This document shows, piece after piece, positions 26,094-32,433 of a DNA stretch of 32,433 nt. The translations under genes were made by a program, and so were the position numbers. Positions within the stretch are counted from its first letter, which is position 1. Each line of letters starts with the position of its first letter. The stretch comes from a virus (Duplodnaviria; Caudoviricetes). The stretch covers positions 1 to 32,433 of IMG/VR virus record IMGVR_UViG_3300017785_008744; one strand, given 5' to 3'. The notes below the pieces were generated by a model that did not search any database, had not been told where the DNA came from, and saw nothing but the letters and a program-made list of their open reading frames with translations.

Positions 26094-27374
26094 TTAACAA
26101 TCCCATGCTCTACGTGACCAATAATTGGCGCTATCTTTTTTATTTAAGTTACCTTGACCAGCTGATCTAGCACAATATGAACGTTTTCTTGCTGGTTGAT
26201 TTTTTTTAATGCTTAAAATTGGATCTCCAAAACGCACAATTTTGGCATCACCATCTCCATCAAGATCAACATAAACTGCTGATTTCTTTGGCCCATCTGG
26301 AGTTCTAAAAGGTTTATTTAATGAAACTTTTCTTCCTTTATAGGTTGCTTCATTAACTACTTTTTTAATTGTGTTTATTGTTTTTTGTACTTTATTCTCG
26401 TTTGGAGTGTCTTTTTTATAGATGTCAGTTAATGACTTTGTACCATCAAAACGTGAAGAAGAATTTGTTTTATCTTTAGAAATTGATTCAGAATTATATT
26501 CTTCACCATACATAGCACGATATTTCTTAGTATGCTTTGACTCTCTCGTTTCAGCAGTTGCATCGCCTGGAGCCTTTTCATAAGCTGAAGGATCATCCCA
26601 ATGTTTTTCTCTGCCCTTTGCAAAGTGAGCAGCACGAGCTTGATCAGTACCACTTTCGCCAGTTGTATATTTCTTTGGTAAACCAGTTTCCTTGTCCTTT
26701 GGAACTTCAGGTAATCTAGCTTCTCTTAAATCTTTATCAGCACCGTGATATGTGCCTTTGCCTTTTGTAATGTAAGAATTTACACGAGCCATTCCCCACT
26801 GCTGTGGTGTAGTCCCTGGACGGTGCCCAGTTCTCCAAGCAGCAACGCCTCTAGAGTAAACTTTCTTCAATGTGCCTAATGAAACGCCTGAAGCTTTTGC
26901 TTTCTTTTCAAGAGCAGCAGACTCTTCTAATTCCAATAATTCGAATTCTTCGTTTTGGGCGGAGCGGATAGCAGCCTTAGTTGGTGCACCTTTTGTTCCT
27001 GGTTTTCTCATTCTTTCATCAGATCCAGCTTCAATTCTTTCACGTTTTGCATGAATGTTTGCCCACAAACCTTTACCTTCATTTAGTAAATCGGAATCTA
27101 GATCAGAAGCAAAACCACCAGATATAAATGAATTAACGCGATCAAACGCGAATTGTTCTTTTGTTCCTTCGAACAGTTCTGGTTTCCAAATTAAATGACC
27201 TCTTTTATATACTTCTTCAAGTATATCAGTAGAATAACCAGATTTTTGAGATTTTTTATAGAGAGATAGCTTTTGTTTGTTAGTGAAATGTACGACAGAC
27301 TCAACCAAATGATTGTCACAATCTAGCTGAGATTTATTTTTAAAATTACTAAGATCTAAGTATATAATACTCAT
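26094..27374 (-). CDS. Modular late polyprotein with two DUF5824-like modules and a C-terminal DUF6321-like module
   Basis: K..KSG.S...L..VY.RG...W.......Q....RVNS(F/Y)I occurs twice; GLWANIHAKR module; LNKPFRTPDGPKK...VRFGD module; AGAGGA SD before 27374; DUF names recalled, not searched. Confidence 0.7.
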   Translation of the reverse strand: MSIIYLDLSNFKNKSQLDCDNHLVESVVHFTNKQKLSLYKKSQKSGYSTDILEEVYKRGHLIWKPELFEGTKEQFAFDRVNSFISGGFASDLDSDLLNEGKGLWANIHAKRERIEAGSDERMRKPGTKGAPTKAAIRSAQNEEFELLELEESAALEKKAKASGVSLGTLKKVYSRGVAAWRTGHRPGTTPQQWGMARVNSYITKGKGTYHGADKDLREARLPEVPKDKETGLPKKYTTGESGTDQARAAHFAKGREKHWDDPSAYEKAPGDATAETRESKHTKKYRAMYGEEYNSESISKDKTNSSSRFDGTKSLTDIYKKDTPNENKVQKTINTIKKVVNEATYKGRKVSLNKPFRTPDGPKKSAVYVDLDGDGDAKIVRFGDPILSIKKNQPARKRSYCARSAGQGNLNKKDSANYWSRRAWDC

Positions 27375-27431
27375 GGAGTTTCCTCTTGGGCTTATCCTAT
27401 TCATTTAGCGAGTCTGCCGTAGCCTTATCGC
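27375..27431 (-). promoter_or_regulatory. Twin-hairpin 5' UTR element
   Basis: GCGA-UAAG-GC-UACG-GC-AGAC-UCGC and GGA-UAAG-CC-CAAGA-GG-AAAC-UCC; the second contains the SD and abuts AUG. Confidence 0.7.
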
Positions 27432-27442
27432 ACTAACGCATG

Positions 27443-27450
27443 TATTTATA
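27443..27450 (-). promoter_or_regulatory. T4-type late promoter
   Basis: TATAAATA overlapping the upstream stop codon. Confidence 0.8.
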
Positions 27451-29347
27451 TTAATTGATTTTTCTCTAAAAGAAATTCCATAAACCCTTTAAATGAAACA
27501 GATTCAGTTAACTTCATACCATTTCTAGTATCATCAAACATGTCTTTAACATGTTGATCTTTCATTGTTTTTGGAGCCATATCTTTAAATTTATCAAAGT
27601 CATTTTTAGATGCAGCGTTTCTCATTTTAGAAGCTGAGTAACTGACAACACCACTACCATCTTCATTCCTGTTTACACCAGCTTGTTTGAACTTGATTTT
27701 CATATCATTACCATAAAAACCATGTGCTGCTTTTTGACCTCTATATCTCATAGCCAAATCGTCAAATGCATCTCTATCTGAACCACGAACAATGGTTACA
27801 TCTCTATAACCATCAGAGTACGCTTTTGAAAGGTGGTGTAACAGACTAGGTTGAGAAGGCGAAGAAACTCCGAAATTAACTCCAGGAAATGCTCTACGTG
27901 CATGTTTTAATTTTTGCACTGGCGATAATGGGTTTTTCTTTGAATCTTGACTATGTGATAAAATAATTTCATGATCAGCTCTAGTTCTTTGAGCTTCGTT
28001 TGTTGTTGCGTTAACAATTTCTCTGTGACCATCATGAATTGGATTAAAACGAACAAATGATAAAACTTTTTTTCTTGCAATAGCTTCATTAAAATTAAGT
28101 TCTTCATTAACATTAGATTTAGGTTGTTGTTTGGCTCCACCAATTGCACCCATGCCAGCAAGATTAGAATGAGCGAATCCACCTGGAGTTTGATCAACAA
28201 TCTTTGATTGGTCACCGCTTTTGCCAGTAACAACATAACCTTCGTGACCAGTTGCGTCACCATTAGGCAATTCAACAGTTTCTGAAGAATTTTTATTCAT
28301 AACGCCAAGCAACACATGTTTTGCATTTTGAAAATGACCATGCATGTCAAGAATATTTTGAGTATCTTTTGAATTTGAAACAATTTGCTGCATTAATGCG
28401 GCGTGTTTCTTTGATTTTGCATCTTTAGAAGATTGAGTTTTTACTGAATCAATATCTTTTTTAGCTTTATTATTTAAAAAATCTAGATATTCTCCAACTT
28501 TACCAGAACCTTCTTGACCACCCCTAACTCGAGAGTTGATGAATGTAGTCATTGATTCGCCATGACCTGTTAATGTATCGTAAACTGCTGGTTTAATTCT
28601 GCTGTAAGATTTGCGAGCATTTTCCATATGTGTTTCAAATGCTCTTTGTTCTTCAGGTGTGTAATTTTGTGGGTTGACATTCAAAGTTGGGTCATAGTTA
28701 AACACATCTGGGTGATCAACAAACTTAGTTCTTTGTTTTTCAGAGATTGGTTGAGCTTCGCCTTTCTTATTGAAGAATGTATGAATTGCAACACCAACTT
28801 TTGCATTTGCAGCTCTTGCTGCTTCAGGTGAATCTTTCGCCCATTTATACTTCAATAGATTTGGTTGAGCTGAAAGGTGTCCGCCTTCGTCTTGTAATGG
28901 CTTTCCTTCTCCACCGAACAAGAAATCACCCTTATACATTTCTCCAGGGTTCATATCAGTTGGAAGAATTTTATGCGCATGATTTAATACCTGCGTTAAT
29001 GCAGAAACTAGACCTGGAGCATGACCGTGGTTTCTTTGTATATCTTCTTCAGTGTAATTAATCTTTGGATTCTTATTGAATAATGATTTTGTGGCTACAA
29101 AAATTTTACCATCATTATCTCTACCGATGTGGAAAGCAGGAGCACCATCAATTTTCTTTTCAACTCTTTGTGGAGTGCCTCTTCTGCTACCAATCAAATA
29201 ACTATGTAATGATCTTAAAGTTGAATCAGTAAGGCCAACTCCCTCATGCCCATATAAGGCATGTTCAGTTGAATGAGGCAAATGAGTTTGCTTTGCTTCT
29301 TTACCAGCAGCTTCTTCTTCAGTAATATAAGTTGTGAAATTTAACAT
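27446..29347 (-). CDS. Fusion of a ligase-like covalent nucleotidyltransferase domain (DUF6267-like) and a HIGH-family nucleotidyltransferase; CTS-like N-terminus
   Basis: KIDG (~29144-29155), YKGDFLF, HEGYVV (~28232-28243), SKIVD; then RFNPIHDGH (28025-28036), KKNPL, GSDR, SASKMR; start moved to MLNFTTYITEE. Confidence 0.75.
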   Translation of the reverse strand: MLNFTTYITEEEAAGKEAKQTHLPHSTEHALYGHEGVGLTDSTLRSLHSYLIGSRRGTPQRVEKKIDGAPAFHIGRDNDGKIFVATKSLFNKNPKINYTEEDIQRNHGHAPGLVSALTQVLNHAHKILPTDMNPGEMYKGDFLFGGEGKPLQDEGGHLSAQPNLLKYKWAKDSPEAARAANAKVGVAIHTFFNKKGEAQPISEKQRTKFVDHPDVFNYDPTLNVNPQNYTPEEQRAFETHMENARKSYSRIKPAVYDTLTGHGESMTTFINSRVRGGQEGSGKVGEYLDFLNNKAKKDIDSVKTQSSKDAKSKKHAALMQQIVSNSKDTQNILDMHGHFQNAKHVLLGVMNKNSSETVELPNGDATGHEGYVVTGKSGDQSKIVDQTPGGFAHSNLAGMGAIGGAKQQPKSNVNEELNFNEAIARKKVLSFVRFNPIHDGHREIVNATTNEAQRTRADHEIILSHSQDSKKNPLSPVQKLKHARRAFPGVNFGVSSPSQPSLLHHLSKAYSDGYRDVTIVRGSDRDAFDDLAMRYRGQKAAHGFYGNDMKIKFKQAGVNRNEDGSGVVSYSASKMRNAASKNDFDKFKDMAPKTMKDQHVKDMFDDTRNGMKLTESVSFKGFMEFLLEKNQLI

Positions 29348-29357
29348 TATTGTTCCC

Positions 29358-30461
29358 TTAAAACTTTTTACCACCATGTTCACCTGACCCCATTTCATCA
29401 GGAGTAATGTTGACTGGAGCTGGTTTTGATTTTGGTGTTTTTAAAGATAATTTAGTTGTTCCGTTCATGCCCTGCATTGGCCCAGATGTTCCTTTGACAC
29501 CATGAGTAATTACAGGATGAAATTCATCACTTCCATGATGACGACCTAATATTTGAACACTGATGCCAGAACCACTGTGAGGTACTGCCTTAAATTCTGC
29601 ATAATTATCTAATGAATTTCTAACATCATCTTGAATGTGACCGATGTGATGATCAACACCAGAAGCTGTTGGTCTAGTATGCAATCTGAAATGATCAAAT
29701 TTTGTTTCTGGTGAAACTAGAGAAACAATTGTTTCTCTAAGCTGTTTAGAATTCATACCAGCATAACCATTTTGCCATACCTTTGCAATTTCTCTTCTGG
29801 TTCTTAAACCAGAACCAACAGCAGCTACAGAAGCTGGTGATGATTTGTTTGCTTTAAATTCTGCATGGTTAGCACCCTGTGAACCAGTAAACCCAAGATC
29901 TCTTATATTTTGTTGGTGTGTATTATATAAACCTGTGATAGATCCTTTTTTTAGACCAGCTAATTGTTCAATACTATCTAATCCAGGATTTCTTAAATTT
30001 GGATTTTTTTGTGTGCCGTATTTTAATGAAACACCAATTGGTCCTTTGTTGGTTTGCAGCATTATGTCAGCGTCTGAATTTTTATCTTCAATACCAGTAA
30101 ATGATTTATGGTCTGATTTTTGAGATGTCCAAGCGACCTCATTAATTGTATGATGACCTTGAGAACGTAGATAATCTCGAGCACGCTCAGCTGCTTGGCG
30201 AGCATGCGCATTAATTTGGTCATACATCCCTGGATTTCTTTTATCTAATTCTTTTTTGATATAATCATGAACTCCTTGTGGTGAACTTCCGTTTTCGTCG
30301 CGATAGTGAGTTAGGAATGCAGCAGGGTTGCCTGATTTATCTGAACCATGTTTAATGTGCGAACCAGCAAGGATCTCAAACAATTTTCCTTTTGCATCAT
30401 TAAAATTAAATTCTTTATTTTTAGCACCTTCAAACAAAAATGTAGAAAAATTTAACATCAA
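29358..30461 (-). CDS. Putative PD-(D/E)xK-fold nuclease with CTS-like N-terminus
   Basis: GKLFE helix; ADIML....GPIGVSLK; starts MLNFSTFLFEG. Confidence 0.55.
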   Translation of the reverse strand: MMLNFSTFLFEGAKNKEFNFNDAKGKLFEILAGSHIKHGSDKSGNPAAFLTHYRDENGSSPQGVHDYIKKELDKRNPGMYDQINAHARQAAERARDYLRSQGHHTINEVAWTSQKSDHKSFTGIEDKNSDADIMLQTNKGPIGVSLKYGTQKNPNLRNPGLDSIEQLAGLKKGSITGLYNTHQQNIRDLGFTGSQGANHAEFKANKSSPASVAAVGSGLRTRREIAKVWQNGYAGMNSKQLRETIVSLVSPETKFDHFRLHTRPTASGVDHHIGHIQDDVRNSLDNYAEFKAVPHSGSGISVQILGRHHGSDEFHPVITHGVKGTSGPMQGMNGTTKLSLKTPKSKPAPVNITPDEMGSGEHGGKKF

Positions 30462-31114
30462 TTAGAACCTTTCTTGGGCATTGCTGAATATCTAGTTATA
30501 TTTACATTTCCTGTCTCGGGGTCATGTTGAACATGATGACCATGGAACGTGACATTTGGAAATTGTTTTTTTAATTTTAACATTCCTTTGATATTGTCTA
30601 TTGAATCGTCATACAAATTAACTTCTGACAATCCTTCATTTTTAATAGCATTAGTTATATGAGCAGCTTTAGTGTCGGCGGGTTTTCCTTGCATATTACC
30701 AGCTCTACGAACATGTATACCTGTTCCTGGAGTAATATCAATACCATATTTGTTCATGTGTCCAGCAAACTTTACTTTATCGTCTAAGTCGCCTCTGGCA
30801 GTTAGCATCTCAACATTTGCTCCATTACTCTTCATCGCTTTCATTTTAGCAATCATACTTCTGATTGGAGCTGCTGAACGACCGAAAACTTCTGAACTTT
30901 TAAATTCGTTAAAATCGTAACTGTGATTATCTGGAAGTTGATGAGAGTTAAACTCTTGATTTGATAATGTTCGAACTCTTTTACCAGTAGGATCTTTAAC
31001 ATGAACTCTTAGCTTGCTGTGATCGTGAGCGAATAAAGTTTCGTCAATATCGAAATAGTGTTTAGACTTTCTCGAAATTTTCTCTTCTGTTATAAATTGA
31101 TTAAAACGGAACAT
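30458..31114 (-). CDS. HAD-family phosphatase (Pnkp/RNA-repair-like) with CTS-like N-terminus
   Basis: FDIDETL, LTAR, K, YDDS..N motifs; starts MFRFNQFITEE; GAGGT SD. Confidence 0.82.
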   Translation of the reverse strand: MFRFNQFITEEKISRKSKHYFDIDETLFAHDHSKLRVHVKDPTGKRVRTLSNQEFNSHQLPDNHSYDFNEFKSSEVFGRSAAPIRSMIAKMKAMKSNGANVEMLTARGDLDDKVKFAGHMNKYGIDITPGTGIHVRRAGNMQGKPADTKAAHITNAIKNEGLSEVNLYDDSIDNIKGMLKLKKQFPNVTFHGHHVQHDPETGNVNITRYSAMPKKGSN

Positions 31115-31140
31115 ATAGACCTCAAAATATGGCTTTTAAC

Positions 31141-31148
31141 TATTTATA
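31141..31148 (-). promoter_or_regulatory. T4-type late promoter
   Basis: TATAAATA upstream of the HAD gene. Confidence 0.8.
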
Positions 31149-31149
31149 T

Positions 31150-31181
31150 AAAAGGAAAGGCGAGCCTTTCGACTCGCCTTT
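31150..31181 (-). terminator. Intrinsic terminator
   Basis: AAAGGCGAGUC-GAAA-GGCUCGCCUUU stem-loop followed by CCUUUU. Confidence 0.8.
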
Positions 31182-31296
31182 ATAAACGATAAAACATGGT
31201 CGGGCGGAACCCCACCGATTTCTCCCGACTATTCCGTGACCTTCATTGTGTCTCTTGCCTCTGCGTTTTGAACGCTACATGTTTTAATCATAAACA
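31182..31296 (-). ncRNA. Candidate structured non-coding RNA
   Basis: GC-rich, ORF-free; closing stem UAAAACAUG/CAUGUUUUA; internal hairpin and crossed pairings; bounded by ACTAAATA (31304-31297) and a terminator. Confidence 0.6.
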
Positions 31297-31316
31297 TATT
31301 TAGTCAAAATAAAATT

Positions 31317-31499
31317 TTATTTTGAAGTATTTAAGAAAAAAGTTGGTGTCCAACCATCAAATCCACCACCAAGATTAAAATGTCGAAGAAATTTTCTAGC
31401 TTCTAATTTGTCAATAAATGTTTTTATTAATTGATTTGTTGAAGTTTCCCAAATTTCGAAACCGTTATTATTTTCTATAATTTTATAAGAAAACATCAT
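31317..31499 (-). CDS. Small conserved T4-like hypothetical protein
   Basis: N.GGGFDGWTP.F motif. Confidence 0.65.
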   Translation of the reverse strand: MMFSYKIIENNNGFEIWETSTNQLIKTFIDKLEARKFLRHFNLGGGFDGWTPTFFLNTSK

Positions 31500-31539
31500 C
31501 TCTCAATTCCCATCTAAGTTATCTCCGTTATCACTTATT

Positions 31540-31818
31540 TTATGCAATGCCTACATTTTCATTATGAGACACGATCTTAATGACATTATCGACGCGAAAA
31601 CTGCGCCATGCTTTCTTATCCGTACAATATACTACCATTACGGCTTCATTGATCTCACGCACTTTTTTAGTGCTGAGTGGTTCTTCATGTTTTGCTGGAG
31701 GAAGCAGATCTTCCCTAAGAGTACAAGGCATGATCCTCTGCTCTCCATTAACTTTGGTAAATGTAACTTCACATAGTCCTTTCTTCAAAAAATTTTGTAT
31801 CTCAATCTTTGTCATCAT
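31540..31818 (-). CDS. WYL-like/SH3-fold protein (DUF2693-type)
   Basis: VTFTKVNGEQR.M.CTL...WRSFR.D.V; AGGAGG SD before the MMTK start. Confidence 0.8.
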   Translation of the reverse strand: MMTKIEIQNFLKKGLCEVTFTKVNGEQRIMPCTLREDLLPPAKHEEPLSTKKVREINEAVMVVYCTDKKAWRSFRVDNVIKIVSHNENVGIA

Positions 31819-31976
31819 TAAAAGATATCCTCCTGCTTTATCTGCCCCCATTGATTTTGAAGAACATACTTTACACCGTTGGGCATTGAACTTTTTTCAT
31901 CCAAATAAAGATTACGTTTTTCAATGATCGTCCATTGGCTGCGAGTAAATAGTAAATCCCATATCCATTTGATCAT
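31818..31976 (-). CDS. Small hypothetical early protein
   Basis: GGAG SD before MIKWIW; directly after a consensus promoter. Confidence 0.55.
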   Translation of the reverse strand: MIKWIWDLLFTRSQWTIIEKRNLYLDEKSSMPNGVKYVLQNQWGQIKQEDIF

Positions 31977-32003
31977 CACTTTTGCTCCACCATTACTCAT
32001 ATT

Positions 32004-32032
32004 ATTATAGCTGTTTTATTAGAAAATGTCAA
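32004..32032 (-). promoter_or_regulatory. Consensus sigma70 early promoter
   Basis: TTGACA-17 nt-TATAAT. Confidence 0.88.
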
Positions 32033-32094
32033 CCACTAATAACGAGCCATCACCTGTTATCCCATTCATAATAATCACCCCCGAGATACTCATC

Positions 32095-32385
32095 CTAGTT
32101 TGATCCCGAATGTTTAGCGGGTGCGACTCGCGCATTCTTGACAGGAACGTCATGGTCTTTCTCCCCCAGCATAGCAGCGATATCTTTATCAAACTCCTCT
32201 GGCGAGTAGTCTGGACAAAGCCGCATCATGTTAATACGAAACGATGTAATCAGGATGCTTTGATTTTTCCGGTATCGCTCGATCTCGTCAATCGCTGGTA
32301 GGAACACATTAGAATAGTCGTTTCCAAATGTCATCAGCAGATCATTGCTCCGCTTCAGCGTTACTATGATATCTTCTTCCATCAC
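32095..32385 (-). CDS. Hypothetical protein (higher GC)
   Basis: GGAGGT SD; intact ORF. Confidence 0.6.
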   Translation of the reverse strand: MMEEDIIVTLKRSNDLLMTFGNDYSNVFLPAIDEIERYRKNQSILITSFRINMMRLCPDYSPEEFDKDIAAMLGEKDHDVPVKNARVAPAKHSGSN

Positions 32386-32433
32386 TCACACCTCCATTGC
32401 TAACGCCGTTGTTCATATTATTAATATAAGGTA

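Noticed and set aside
27375-27440. c-di-GMP riboswitch
   Set aside because: Two-hairpin layout is only superficially similar; the GEMM GGCAAA/GNRA-receptor features are missing, so it is kept as an unnamed motif
29348-29398. Upstream in-frame starts in the ORF track (also 27404, 21985, 16470, 9958, 32000)
   Set aside because: They overlap neighbouring genes or regulatory elements; the downstream ATGs have better SDs or coupling, and here expose the CTS-like leader
30458-31114. HAD gene as the missing GmhB of the heptose pathway
   Set aside because: Lacks the GmhB DRDG and CxH zinc motifs, and lies in a distant late operon
31182-31296. tRNA, tmRNA, RNase P or HDV-like ribozyme identity
   Set aside because: No cloverleaf or proper T-loop, no RNase P P4 consensus, and no room for HDV P4/J4-2 between the crossed helices
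725-32301. Other short plus-strand and off-frame minus-strand ORFs in the track
   Set aside because: They lie within or largely overlap confidently assigned genes; the repetitive ones (22511, 22524, 24828, 24940) simply mirror coding repeats

Overview
AT-rich fragment of a large T4-like (myovirus) phage genome, with almost all genes on the minus strand. The host is plausibly an alphaproteobacterium, inferred only from the Hyphomicrobiales-type N-terminus of a phage-borne outer-membrane protein. Left half: replication and nucleotide-metabolism genes (exonuclease, PhoH, RNase H, glutaredoxin, ClpP, GIY-YIG nuclease, NrdA/NrdB, ThyX, gp61 primase). It also holds a heptose/sugar-nucleotide cluster (GmhA, HddA, epimerase, glycosyltransferase, nucleotidyltransferase), SpeD, RlpA and tRNA-Leu(UAA). 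Right half: late genes behind TATAAATA promoters. The best candidate for an undescribed system is ~25.2-31.3 kb. A stand-alone structured RNA is followed by a HAD phosphatase, a PD-(D/E)xK-like nuclease, a ligase-like/HIGH-nucleotidyltransferase fusion, a modular polyprotein with a twin-hairpin leader, a tandem RyR-domain protein and Dps. Four of these proteins start with a T4 capsid-targeting-like sequence, which suggests a virion-packaged, co-injected nucleic-acid repair/counter-defence kit. All protein calls come from motifs recognised by eye; no searches were run.
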